The position numbers and the translations under genes are program-made. A DNA stretch of 64,000 nucleotides from contig CM000153.2 of the NCBI GenBank assembly GCA_000004695.1, forward strand, positions 4,224,001 to 4,288,000, read 5' to 3'. Each line of letters opens with the position of its first letter. The first letter of the stretch is position 1. Shown here piece after piece: positions 35,863-50,169 of this stretch. This DNA comes from Dictyostelium discoideum (taxonomy: Eukaryota). Below the pieces are notes generated by a model, which saw only the letters and a program-made list of their open reading frames with translations, was not told the origin of the DNA and made no database searches.

Positions 35863-36514
35863 ATGACAGTAGAAGTTAGTTTAGATGTAAATAATTTACA
35901 AGCAATTGATCAAGCTTCATCAAAAAGAACATATAAACCAAATACACAATCTCCAAGAAAAATTATTTTATTTGATGGTATGTTAACAATTACTTTTTTT
36001 TTTTTTTTTTTTTTTCCACTATTTTTTATAATTTTCAAAACTAATTTCAAAATTATAAAATTATAAATAAATAATTAATTAATAAAATAAAGGTATTTGT
36101 AATGTTTGTGATGGATTTATACAATTTGTTCACCCAAGAGATACAAATAATTTATTTTCATTTCAAGCACTTCAATCAGAGAAAGGAAGAGAAATATTAC
36201 AATATTATGGTATTAAATGTGATGTGTCTACAGTGGTTTTAATTGATGAATCTATTGATAGAGTTTATGTAAAATCATCAGCAATCTTAACAGTTTGTTA
36301 TCATTTAAATGCACCATTTTCTTATTTATATTCATTCACCTATGTACCAACATTTGTTAGAGATATTTGTTATGATGTTTTTGGGAAATATAGATATTTA
36401 ATTATGGGAAAGAAAGATACTTGTATGTTTAGTATCACTTTAAGAGATAAATTCATTGACTTTAAAAGTCCATTAATATTGGATGAAGAACAAAGTGAAG
36501 AAAAGGAATTGTAA
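35863..36514 (+). CDS. DCC-family thiol-disulfide oxidoreductase (DUF393), about 178 aa. Exons: 35863..35977, 36093..36514.
   Basis: The spliced product contains ILFDG-ICNVCDGFIQFVHPRD...FSFQALQSEKGREILQYYGI, the CxxC plus F/QS signature of the DCC1-like family (YDGdCglC...f..lQS..g..ll). Donor G|GTATGT at 35978, acceptor ataaag| at 36092, phase 1. The track 'M' at 36224 is a GTG. Confidence 0.7.
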
Positions 36515-36841
36515 AAAAGTTTTTTGTGTAAAAATAAAAATAGAAAAATAAAAATAGAAAAAAATAAAAAATAAAAAATAAATAAACAAAACAATAATAA
36601 AAAAAAAAAAAATTAAAATTTAAATAAAAAATTGTTAGTTCTGTTTTTTTTTTTTTTTTTTACCCATTTAATTTCAAATTTTTTTTTTTGTTTTTTTTTT
36701 TATTATTTTTTTTTTTTTTTTTTATTCCAGACAATTGTTTTTTGTTTTGTTTTATTTTATTTTGTTTTGTTTTTTTTTTTTTTTTTTTCTTTTTAATTAT
36801 ATAAATAATAGAATTGAAAAAAAAAAAAAAAAAAAAAAAAA

Positions 36842-38107
36842 ATGGATATTGATAGTATTTCAAAATTAAAAGTTGCAGATTTAAAAAAAGAACTTGAAAA
36901 TAGATCAATTAAAACCAATGGAATGCTAAAGGCAGATTTGATTGATAAATTGAAAGAGGTTTTATTTAAAGAACAGCAATCACAAGAAATAAAATCTAAT
37001 ACAAATATAGAAAATCAATTAAACACAGATAAAGAAAAAGTCAATAGAGTCGATAAAGAAACCATTGGATCATTGGAAAGGGGAAAAGAAGAAAAAGAAA
37101 CATTAGAAAAAGAAGAAAAGGAAAGATCAGAAAAAGAAGAAAAAGAAAAATTAGAAAAAGAAAAATTAGAAAAAGAAAGATTAGAAAAAGAAAAGATAGA
37201 AAAAGAAAAGATAGAAAAAGAAAAGATAGAAAAAGAAAACCAGGAAAAACAAAAAAGAGAGGATAAAGAGATGGTAGAAAAAAAAGAAAACGAAGATTTA
37301 AATAAAAAAAGAAAAACTGAAAATGAAGTCAAGGATAGCAGCAGCAGCAATGAAAATATACAAACAAAAAAGAAAAGGATAGAGAATGAAAGTGATAATA
37401 AAATTAAAAATGAAAATACAAAACATGATGATACTATAATACCACCTCAATCATCATCTCTAAACAGTAGTAGTGGTAGTGGTAGTAGTGGTAGTAGTAG
37501 TAGTAATAATAGTAGTGATACAATTCTAATTAGTAAATTAGTTAGACCTTTTAGGGTGGACATGATCGAGACATTGATGAATGAATATGGAAGTGTTAAA
37601 AACTATTGGATGAACAGTGTGAAATCATTTTGTTTCGTTACTTACTCCACATCAGAGGAGGCGATAAAAGCAAGAAATTCTTTAAATGGATTGGTTTGGC
37701 CTCCTTTAAACAGATCAAAACTTATTGTTGAATTCTCCTCTGAATCTGAATCAAACAAAGCAAAGAATAGAGAGTTAGGAATATTATCTCAATCATTATC
37801 ATCATCCTCTTCTTCTTCTTCATCTTCTTCAAAACCAACATCAACATCAACACCAGTAAATACAACAACCACCCTTTCAAATTTATCGAAACAAACCAAA
37901 TTAAATAAAAATGATAATAATAATAATAATAACAATAATAAAAATATTGAAAATAAAAGTAATAAAAAAAATATTGATGAAAATTTTCGAAAAACAAAAA
38001 CCAATCCTCCAATTTATTGGTGTCCTTTAACTGATCAAGAGGTCGAAGAAAAGAGAATTTATATGAATAAAAGAAGATCTATGAATTTTAATCGCCCAAG
38101 ATATTAA
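36842..38107 (+). CDS. SAP-domain protein with a Glu/Lys-rich coiled region and an RRM-like C-terminal region (acinus/SAFB-like), 421 aa
   Basis: N-terminal SAP motif LKVADLKKELENRSIKTNGMLKADLIDKLKEV. (EKEK/LEKEK)n repeats. Then LVRPFRVDMIETLMNEYGSVKNYWMNSVKSFCFVTYSTSEEAIKARNSLNGLVWPP, which looks like an RRM. The Ser-rich and basic tail is consistent with a nuclear RNA-binding factor. Confidence 0.65.
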   Translation: MDIDSISKLKVADLKKELENRSIKTNGMLKADLIDKLKEVLFKEQQSQEIKSNTNIENQLNTDKEKVNRVDKETIGSLERGKEEKETLEKEEKERSEKEEKEKLEKEKLEKERLEKEKIEKEKIEKEKIEKENQEKQKREDKEMVEKKENEDLNKKRKTENEVKDSSSSNENIQTKKKRIENESDNKIKNENTKHDDTIIPPQSSSLNSSSGSGSSGSSSSNNSSDTILISKLVRPFRVDMIETLMNEYGSVKNYWMNSVKSFCFVTYSTSEEAIKARNSLNGLVWPPLNRSKLIVEFSSESESNKAKNRELGILSQSLSSSSSSSSSSSKPTSTSTPVNTTTTLSNLSKQTKLNKNDNNNNNNNNKNIENKSNKKNIDENFRKTKTNPPIYWCPLTDQEVEEKRIYMNKRRSMNFNRPRY

Positions 38108-38111
38108 TCTC

Positions 38112-38150
<39 letters not shown>

Positions 38151-38350
38151 CTAATATTAATTATTAAAAATCAATAAACAATTGTAAATAAAAAAAAATA
38201 AAAATTAAAAAAAAATAAAAAGATAAATAACAACAAGATTAAAAACAGTTGGCTGTCCAAAATTAAAAAAATCAAAAAAAAAAAAATTTTGGATATTTTT
38301 TTTTTTTTTTTTTATTATTTTCACACACACAAAAAAAAAATAGTTTAAAA

Positions 38351-40126
38351 ATGTTTGAAATTAATAACAATAATAATAGCAATATTAAAATAATTAAAAG
38401 TAATATAATTTTTAAAAAGATATTAGAATATTGTTGGGAACAAGATGATTTAAAGAAATTATTCCATTGGAGTAATCATACAAAACTTGAAGATCCTTCA
38501 TTTGGAGATTTAATTAAACATACTCAAATTAGAGAGGCAACAAAATGGAAATTAAGTTTAATGAGAGTATCATATCAATTTTTAACAATAATTTTATCAA
38601 ATTTTGAGTTTAATCTTTCAAATTCAAAGTTTTTTCAACTTTTAGCTGAAAAAGAGAATCAACAATCACTTGATTCACATTCTGAAAATAAATTTGAAAC
38701 AACAAATACTTCAAAAACAGATAAAAATAATTTAGATGAATTATTTAAAAAACAAAAATTTTATTCAATGGAAGATGATATGATTAATATTATTGATAGT
38801 TATGAAAGTTTTGGAGATCAATGGTTTATTGAAACATTTGGAAATTTAAGTCAATGTTTTTTATATCTAAATGAAGAATCATTATTTAATAAAAACTTTT
38901 TTAAAGTAATTTCAATGATTGGTTCAACTAGAAATAATAATAATAATAATTTAGATGATGATGATAATGATGATGATAATTGTTCAATTACTTTAATTTT
39001 TCAATATTCATTTGAAAATCGTAAAAGTATTGATTTTAATGTTACAAAATTATTATTTTATTATGAACATGAAATTATGAATCGAGATAAAAAGAAATTA
39101 ACATCAAATATTAAAACATTAATATTTGAATTTATGTCATCGATGTATATCAATCCATATATGGTATATTCTCAAAAATTATTTTATGAATGTGGCTTAG
39201 AAAATTCAGTTAAAAGTATTTATGCATTTAATCAACCTCATTTAACATTTTTACCATACTTTTTCAGAGATTGTAAACAAATAGAATTAATGAGTCTTCA
39301 TACTGATTATCAAAATACTTACGGTAGAGCAATTAATAATGTATCACAATTTTCAAATAAACTTCAAGAAATGTCATTATCAATACTTGATGATAATTTA
39401 ATAGATGAATATGTACCGAATATCGGTTATTATTTCTCACCAATTGAAAATCCACCACCAAAACATTTCACTTTAAATATCATATTAAAAGATGATCAAA
39501 TGTGTAATGACATATTTGGTAGTGGTGGTTTCAATGATAAAAATAATAATTCAGTATTAGAATCATTATCAATTTCAATTGATAAATTGAATTTAAAATT
39601 TTTTAAACCAATAGAGAATAATAATAATAATAATAATAAATTATTTCCAAATTTAATTAATAAATTTTCAATTAGATTTTATTTTAGTTATATGTCAACA
39701 CCATTGGATGATATTAATTATTTTTCAAAATTTTTCTCAAGTAATGATTTTCAAAATGTTAAATATTTTAATTTTACAATTTTAATTGATTTTAAAAAAA
39801 CTCAAACTATCAATATAAATACCCTTTCTGATGAAGATCAATTATTAGAAATTTTGTTTGAAAAAGGTTTAAAATATTCAAGTTTACAATTCATTTCTAT
39901 TGATTTTAAATATGATTATATTGTTGGTGGTAAATGTTTATCTTTTAATTTATTATCAAAATTATTAAACTCAATTTCTTCAAATAAAAATATAAAAGGT
40001 ATTTTATTTGCTGGTTTAGATATATCCATTACAAATCTTCCTGATCAATTACTTAATTTTTCACTTTATCCTTTTTCTTTAAATGAAAATGAAAATAAAA
40101 AATCAATTTACTATTTTATTCAATAA
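38351..40126 (+). CDS. Hypothetical protein, 591 aa, Asn/Phe-rich, no recognisable domain
   Basis: Continuous ORF with ATG at 38351. Low-complexity but non-repetitive composition. It may belong to the same amoeba-specific family as 19076..20413. Confidence 0.5.
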   Translation: MFEINNNNNSNIKIIKSNIIFKKILEYCWEQDDLKKLFHWSNHTKLEDPSFGDLIKHTQIREATKWKLSLMRVSYQFLTIILSNFEFNLSNSKFFQLLAEKENQQSLDSHSENKFETTNTSKTDKNNLDELFKKQKFYSMEDDMINIIDSYESFGDQWFIETFGNLSQCFLYLNEESLFNKNFFKVISMIGSTRNNNNNNLDDDDNDDDNCSITLIFQYSFENRKSIDFNVTKLLFYYEHEIMNRDKKKLTSNIKTLIFEFMSSMYINPYMVYSQKLFYECGLENSVKSIYAFNQPHLTFLPYFFRDCKQIELMSLHTDYQNTYGRAINNVSQFSNKLQEMSLSILDDNLIDEYVPNIGYYFSPIENPPPKHFTLNIILKDDQMCNDIFGSGGFNDKNNNSVLESLSISIDKLNLKFFKPIENNNNNNNKLFPNLINKFSIRFYFSYMSTPLDDINYFSKFFSSNDFQNVKYFNFTILIDFKKTQTININTLSDEDQLLEILFEKGLKYSSLQFISIDFKYDYIVGGKCLSFNLLSKLLNSISSNKNIKGILFAGLDISITNLPDQLLNFSLYPFSLNENENKKSIYYFIQ

Positions 40127-40644
40127 ATAAATTAATAAATAAAAAAAATAAAAAAATAAAAAAATAAAAAAATAAAAAATAAATAATAATATAGAAATAA
40201 TTGTTTTTTTTTACTAGTAAATTGCCACCACAGAACTTTTTTTTTTTCTTTTTTAAACATTCAAAAAAAAGAAAAAAAAAAAATTTCTTTGGGGCACAAA
40301 AAAAAAAAAAAAAAAAAAAATTTTCATAGCCACCCATCCCATATTAGAACCCCATCAAGACTTTGATTTCGTGGTATACTGCTAATTTCAAAAAAAAAAA
40401 AAAAAAGGAAAAAAAAAAAAATTTCTTTGGGGCACAAAAAAGGAGAAGCAAAAAAAAATTTCCTAGCTTTTAAAGACAGCAATTTTTTTTTTTATTTTTA
40501 TTTTTACTTTTTTTTTTTTTTTTCTTAGACCCTAGGGTCTAGTGTTTTATTTTTAATTTTTTTATTTTTAAAATAATTTTTTTTTTTTCTTTTTTAAACA
40601 TTTTATTCATTTCTATAATCGATCACATAAAAAAAAAAAAAAAA

Positions 40645-41378
40645 ATGAGAAAGTTTTCAATTATTTCATTATTAGTTTTCATGGCAGTATTTGCCTTGAT
40701 TACAGTATCTTATTCAAGTAAGTATTTTTTTTTTTTCTTAAAAAAAAATAAATAAATAAAAACAAAACAAAAATAATTAATAAAAAAAAAAATTTATTTA
40801 TAGAATCTTGGTCTCATATTAACTCTTTGGCTGAATATACTGATGGTTCATCAGAGTGGGTAGCCTTTTTAAATTGGTATCCTCTTAAAGTTGTAGACTC
40901 ATTAAATGGGGTAACTGTAAAATATACTGATTTTGAATCAAAGAATCTTTCTGGAAATATTGATTTAAAGAATTTTATTCAACTTTGTAATGCCTCATTA
41001 GCTTTTGCAATTTTGGCATGGATTGGATCGCTTGCAATGATTGTATTATCTATAGCCGACATAATTGAAATCAAACTCCCACCAATTGGTAAATTTTTAG
41101 GTTGGATTGTATTCTTGTTTAGTTTGCTATCCTTCCTAATTTATTTAGGTACTCCTGCAGCAAAGAGAAAAGATTGTGATAACAATTTTGATAATTGTGA
41201 AAGTCTCTATTTCTACCAAAAAAAATTCATCGGTACATTTACCGGTTATGTAGATGAAAGGGTTGTAGAATTTAAATATGGACCATCAGCCGGTTGGAAT
41301 TGTATAGTCATTGCTTGTGCAGTTTCTTTATTAGGTTCTGTATTTAACCTCTTCTTTTTCAATCATCAAAATGTATAA
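40645..41378 (+). CDS. Small 4-TM (signal peptide plus 3 TM) membrane protein, copy A of a tandem pair, about 215 aa. Exons: 40645..40717, 40804..41378.
   Basis: Exon 1 MRKFSIISLLVFMAVFALITVSYS, donor A|GTAAGT (phase 1). Acceptor tttatag|. Exon 2 ...SWSHINSLAEYTDGSSEWVAFLNWYPLK...LCNASLAFAILAWIGSLAMIVLSIADII...FLGWIVFLFSLLSFLIYLG...WNCIVIACAVSLLGSVFNLFFFNHQNV*. The track 'M' at 40827 is a TTG. Confidence 0.7.
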
Positions 41379-41698
41379 ACTTAATTAATTAAAATAATAA
41401 ATAAATAAATAAATAAAAAAAAAAAAAAAAAAAAAACAAAATTTTATAAAGTAAAATAAATTTTAAAGCAAATTGTTTATTTTGTTTTTATTTAATGTTT
41501 ATTTAATATTTATTTAATGATTCCCAAAATTTTATGAAGTTTGATACTGTATGTTAGACAATTTTAATTTTGAATAAAGCAAAAAAAAAAAAAAAAAAAA
41601 ATTAAAAATTGAAAATTATAAGTAGAAAATGAAAATAAAAAATTATAAATAGAAAATTGAAAAAATAGAAAAAAGATTATTTTATTTATTTTTTATTG

Positions 41699-41736
<38 letters not shown>

Positions 41737-41900
41737 TGTCCAAGAAAAAAAAGGATTTTTTGACACATTAAATTACAAGACTTTTTTTTTTTCATGATTT
41801 TTTTTTTTTTTTTTTGTTTAATTTTTTTGATTTTTTTTTTTTTTTTTAAAATCATTTTATTCTTAAAAAAAAAAAAAAAAAAAATCAAGTTAAAATAAAA

Positions 41901-42640
41901 ATGAGAAAATATTCAATTATTTCTTTATTAGTTTTCATGGCAGTATTTGCTTTGATAACTGTATCTTATGTAAGTAAGTATTTATTTAATAGTTGAAAAA
42001 ATAAAAAAATAAAAAAATAAAATTAATTAAAAAAAAAAATAAAAAAAAAAAAATAAATCAAAATTTAATTTTAGAACCTTGGTCTTATATAAATGAATTG
42101 AGTACCAATGATCCGCTTAAGTGGTATCCATATGTTGAATGGTACCCTCTTAAAGCTACATTTTTTGGTGGAATGACTGTAAAATATACAAATTTTGATT
42201 CACAAGCCAACTTAAAGTATTTTATTCAACTTTGTAATGCTTCATTAGCATTTGCAATTTTGGCATGGATTGGATCTATTGTAATGATTATAATATCAAT
42301 AGCTGACATAATGGAAAAAAAAATCCCAGAAATTTGTAAATTTTTAGGTTGGATTGTATTCTTGTTTAGTTTGTTATCCTTTTCAATTTATTTAGGTACT
42401 CCTTCAGCAAAGATAAAGGATTGTAGAATGAGTTTTTTGGGTTCAAAAGATTGTGATACACTTCCTATTTACCAACAAAGATTAATTGGTACATATATCG
42501 ATTACAATCGCCAATATGAAAGGGAAGTAGAATATAAATTTGGATTATCAGCTGGTTTGATTTCTATTGTCATCGCTTGTGCAGTTTCTTTATTTGGTTC
42601 CATATATAACCTCTTCTTTTTCAACCATCAAAATGTATAA
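41901..42640 (+). CDS. Paralogue (copy B) of the 40645 gene, about 212 aa. Exons: 41901..41973, 42075..42640.
   Basis: Exon 1 MRKYSIISLLVFMAVFALITVSYV, with the second GTAAGT giving phase 1 as in copy A. Acceptor aattttag|. Exon 2 ...PWSYINELSTNDPLKWYPYVEWYPLK...LCNASLAFAILAWIGSIVMIIISIADIM...FLGWIVFLFSLLSFSIYLG...ISIVIACAVSLFGSIYNLFFFNHQNV*. It has the same intron position and phase and about 60% identity to copy A. Confidence 0.7.
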
Positions 42641-43182
42641 AATAAATAAATAAATAAAAAAAAATAATAAAATAAAAAAAAAGTGATTTGTTAAGTGAAA
42701 TAACTTTTAATACCAATTTGTTAACAAATTAATGATTATTAATATAATTCGAATAAAAATTAATAAATATTAAACAAGTAATAATAAAAAAAAAAAAAAA
42801 AAATTGATAATTAAATAAAAAGAGATTTATGGTGTGAATTATCTTTTTATAAATAGGTATTTAATAATATCTATTCAAAATTTTTTAAAAATTATTTATT
42901 TAAGTTTATCTTAGATATAATGGTGTGTAATTACTTGTGTGTTCAATACCAAAAAAAAAAAAAAAAAAAAAAAAAATCAAGTTATCTCTGAGATACTAAT
43001 TCTAATTAAATTGCCAATTTTTTTTTTTTATCAAAACAAATAAAAAAAAAAATAAAAATAATTAAAAAAAAAAAAAAAAAAAAACAATCGATAAGATTTA
43101 AACAAACACTGAAAAAGATATTATTAATAAACTTGAACAATAAATTTATTGTGAAAGATATATGTTAATTTGGTTATTTATT

Positions 43183-43224
<42 letters not shown>

Positions 43225-43267
43225 ATTTATATAAAAATTGGAAATTAAATTATTTTGAAATTATTTT

Positions 43268-46200
43268 TTAATTTTCATAAGTTCTATTTTGTTCTTGTTC
43301 ATCCAATAAGATGTGAGCAGGCATTTTTTTACCAAGACCACCTCTCTTTTTAATGACTATAAAAACGATAGCACCAACACCAATAATAACAACGACAACA
43401 ATGACGACAACGGCAATGATACCATTTTTGGAGATATTAACATGAATTCCTCCTTTCTTTGGTGGTTGACATTTAGAGTATAAATCACTATCGACAGTGT
43501 TATCATATTTAATGATTCTCCAAGTTTCAGTTGAACCATTATTTACCTTTGTAATTAATAATGGAGTGGAAAGGTCAGTGTTTGTGGTATCAAAAGTTTC
43601 GAAACTCCAACCGGCTGGGAAGTAATAAACATTTGAATTATCACTTTCTTTTGATAATGTAGTTAAATTTAATCCATCAATGTTTGTATAGGTGGTTGAA
43701 ATTGTAAATTGATTCAAATAGGATTGATCAGTGAATAATCTTGCAATTGAATTATCACCAAAGAAGTATTTGTTATAATAAGCATTTGAAAATGGACCAT
43801 CTGATTTACTACCATTCAATGAAATGTTTGCAATATTCATTGATGAATCGGTGAAACATAATTCAACACCATCAACTTTATTGGTGTATTTATAGGATTC
43901 TGCTAATTTATCTTTACTATATTTCCAAATGACATTATTTGATTTTGTTATAATACCATCTTTATCTGTATTTGTTACTTGAATATTAATTGTAAAAGTT
44001 TTTAATACTTTTGGATGTTTTTTAGTATCAATAGTTTGTAAAGTAAATTCTTTATCAAATGATTTTGGACCATATGGAACATCATCATCGTCATCATCAT
44101 GATCATTAACTTGTTGTTCTAAATTATCAGTTTTAATTTCATCTTCTTCATCTTTATCCTTTTCATCGTCATCATCATCATCATCATCATCATTTTCTAT
44201 TTTTACAATTGTACAATTTGTTGGAATATTAACATTTGTAAGAGTAGAAGTTGAGTATGAATAAAAATCAATGGTTTGAATTAAAGTAGTTAAAGATTCA
44301 GATTGATTAATTAAAGAGATTGTAATATTAATTGGTGAAGCTGATTCTCCATTGGTTGACCAAGTATGAACAATAGCATGAGTTGAATTTGTTGAACTCC
44401 ATTGATGAATTGTATCTGTGAGTTTTGAAAAAGTCTTTGGTAAAGTTGAAATATCAGATAATTGATTAGCCAATGTTGAAGAGTAGTGATATTGATTTTT
44501 AACATTCTCAAATGTTTTACATTTATGGTCGTTGTTTGTTGAGCCCCATTGGGTAACTGATTGATTCTTATTATAGACTGAATATAAATCTGATGAATGA
44601 TATCTACCAATGGTAGTAGAGGTAGTATCAATTGAAGAATAAATCTCTTGATATTGTTGAGTATAACCATATTTCAAATTATTAATTGTAATCATTGAAT
44701 CATAGGTAGTTGGTAAAGTTGGAATACAAGATTCTTCATTAAAATCTTTAATCTTTGTTGGAATTGAAATAATATCAAATAAGAATATATCTATTTCTTT
44801 CTTTGTTGTTGTTGTTGTTGTTGATTCTTCATTTGAAGAAGTTGTAATAATTTCAACAGCAACTGGAATTGACATTGTTAAACTATTTAAACCATGTCTG
44901 AAAAGGAATTGCCAACCTCTTGCAAAAGTGTATAAATTAACAGATTTATTATTATCGATAGCTGTATTCCATTGGTCAACAGCAACTGAACGTCTAGTTG
45001 TTCTAGTAACAAATGTCCATTGGAGATTTGATGCATTTGTTAAGATTTCAATGACAGTTTCATCTATTAAATCACTTGTTTTAATTTTATTATTATTACA
45101 AGACAATGTGAATGAATCAACATTGAATGAATTTAAACCATTATTTGAAATACGTGAATAAGTTTCACCTTTTGTTTGTTCGATAATGAAAGCATCCATT
45201 TGTAAACTTTGATCATGATACCAATTATTTACACTATTTAATGAGGAGTCTACAACTTCTTCAAAGACTGCTGAAAATTCTGTATTGTTTAATGAAAGGG
45301 TAGTGGCATCTTCTAATTTTAAATCTTTTGGAAATTCAAATGATCCATTATCTATTGGTAAATCTGGGCATTTGTCATTTTCACAATCTGGTTTAGCAAA
45401 TGAACTTGGTAATGCTTCTAATAAAGTCCAACCTACAAATCCAATGTTTACATCAACTGGTTTACTTTTACCATCAAATCCAACATCACCTTTGAAAATG
45501 ATACGAACTGGAATATTATTTGGAAGGGAAATATATGTGGTAATTTTAGCGTTGATTTCTACTGTGATATTAACATCGCTATTTACAATATTTTCATAAC
45601 TACCAAATGTTTCAACAATTTCTTTTTCTAAAATACCATCAAATGTACATTCAGTTGTAATTGGATTATTTTCTTTTAATCCTGATAATAATTTCATATT
45701 TAATTTATTAATTGTATTTTCTTCATTAGGTGTTGGTGTTTGTGAATCAGTTGATGATGGTGATGATGAATCAGTTGATGATGGTGATGATGAATCAGTT
45801 GATGATGGTGATGATGAATCAGTTGATGATGATGATGATGATGATGATGAATCAGTTGATGATGATGATGATGATGAATCAGTTGATGATGATGATGATG
45901 ATGAATCAGTTGATGATGATGATGATGAATCAGTTGATGATGATGATGATGAATCAGTTGATGATGATGATGAATCAGTTGAGGATTCAGTATACAAAAT
46001 TGAACATTTAGTTTTTCCATCTTTGTGTTCACATGTAAATTTGGCACTATCAACATTACCAACCACTTGGTTAAAACATGATTGACCACCTAGTGACTTG
46101 ATTAATGTAATATCGATTTCACCAGTTAAATCAAATTTTGAAATAGCTTGGATTGGTGTTGTAATAGTATCATCGATTGAATTTTCAAATACTGAACAAC

Positions 46201-46757
46201 TAAATCCTCTATCAATTGTTTCATTTCCTTTGGATTTTTTAGATTAATTAAAAAAAAAATTTCAAAAGTTTTTTTTTTTTTTTTTTTTTCCACAAATATT
46301 TGTGAATATAATTTAAAAAAAATAAATAAAAAAATAAAATAAATTTCCAAGTTAGTTTTTTATTATTTTTTTTATTTTTTTTTTTATTTTTTTTATTTTT
46401 TTAAAAAAAAAAAATAAAATAATTATATCTAATTTACTTACTAACAAATAAATAATTTTCTGGTTTTAAAAAATCAAAAGATGAACCCATTTCAGAGTTG
46501 GTTGGATAATTGTACCATGTTGAATTAAAATTTATTGAAGAAGTTTCTGAAGTCCAATCGGAATAAATTATAACATCTTCAAATTCACGAACAGTTATTT
46601 TTTGACTATCAAAGTTGTACTCCTTACTTGAGAATGTAAAACCTTCTAAATAATTATTGTATGACACATAAGAAACATAATTTGGGTTAATCACTGGAAA
46701 ATCTTGAGATTTTACATATAATAAACCTATTATAAAAAAAAATAATATATATTTCAT
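43268..46757 (-). CDS. Large secreted type-I membrane glycoprotein of about 1090 aa. It has a signal peptide, a mucin-like (STDSSSSSS)n block, poly-Asp runs, one C-terminal TM and a short cytoplasmic tail. Exons: complement(43268..46227, 46442..46757).
   Basis: Exon 1 MKYILFFFIIGLLYVKSQ... is a signal peptide, donor A|GTAAGT at 46441 (phase 1). Acceptor ccaaag| at 46228 joins in phase to ...NETIDRGFSCSVFENSID...FNQVVGNVDSAKFTCEHKDG.... The track 'M' at 46066 is a GTG inside this exon. Many NxS/T sequons. TM IIAVVVIVVVVIIGVGAIVFIVI followed by KKRGGLGKK. Confidence 0.65.
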
Positions 46758-47192
46758 TTTTTTTTTTTTTTTTTTTTTAAAAATTATTAATAAATAAAAA
46801 TAATAAATAAAAAAAACGATTTCTTGAAAAAAAAAAAAAAAATTGAAAAAAAAAAAAAAAATTAATTTAAAAATGCTTTAAAGGCTTTTCAAATAAACTT
46901 GACAAAAAAAAAAAAAAAAAAAAAAAAAATTATAAAAAAAAATTATAAAAAAAAAAAAATTTTTTAAAAAAAAAACTCTGGACTTCCAGGGTTCTATTAT
47001 TAACCCCTTCACTTTTTAAGGGAAACTGAAATAAATTAAAAACGGGAAAAAAAAACAATTAAAAAAAAAAATCAAAGGATATTTGGAGGTTACGAGAAAA
47101 AAAAAAAAAAAACAACTTCAGTTTGAACTGGGTCTCGCTCAGTTTTTGAAGAAAAAAACCCAAAAAAAAAAAATATTATAAATTTATTTATT

Positions 47193-47239
<47 letters not shown>

Positions 47240-47582
47240 TTTTAAGGAATTATTTTTTTTTTTATTTTTTTTTTTTAAAAAAAAGACCTTAAAAGTTAAA
47301 AATAAAAAAGATGAAGTTCGAGCTTGAAGAGCACCATTCCTAAAATTTTTAAATTTTGAGAAATTCTTTGTTTTTTCTTTTTTTTCTTAATTTTAATTTT
47401 TTTTTTTTTTTTTTTTTTTTTCTTAAAAATTTAATTTATTTTTATTTTTATTTTTTTTATTGTGTTAAAAATTTTTTTTTTTTTTTTTTTTTATTGATTT
47501 TTTTTTTAACCTTTGTTTTAATATTCATACTATTTTATTTAATTAAATAAAATAAAAAAAAAAAAAAAAAAATTAATAAAAA

Positions 47583-49892
<2,310 letters not shown>

Positions 49893-49975
49893 ATCTTTTC
49901 TTTCCTCCACCTATCTCCCCTTGTCTTTCCTCCTATCCTCCCTCCCCCCCCCTCTCACTCCCCACCCACTTTGTT
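49893..49975 (+). repeat. C/T-rich polypyrimidine tract (about 85% pyrimidine, about 50% C) immediately 3' of the stop codon
   Basis: atcttttctttcctccacctatctccccttgtctttcctcctatcctccctccccccccctctcactccccacccactttg. This stands out in a genome where intergenic DNA is otherwise about 90% A+T. Confidence 0.8.
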
Positions 49976-50169
49976 TTATTATTATTTTTTAATATTAATT
50001 TTCTATAATATATATGTATTTGTTTATTTAAACTACTTTTTTTTTTTTTTCAACACAAATCTAAAAAATAAAATGTATATCTTTTAATCTAATATAAAAA
50101 AATCTTTTTTCAATTAAGTAATTTATTTATTGGAAACTAAAATCTTACAATTATTTTTATAATAAATTA

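Noticed and set aside
45700-46089. 129-aa His-rich ORF (QLIHHHHH repeats) and 93-aa Met-rich ORF
   Set aside because: Other-frame or antisense translations of the (GATGAT)n / GAATCAGTT minisatellite inside the glycoprotein exon.
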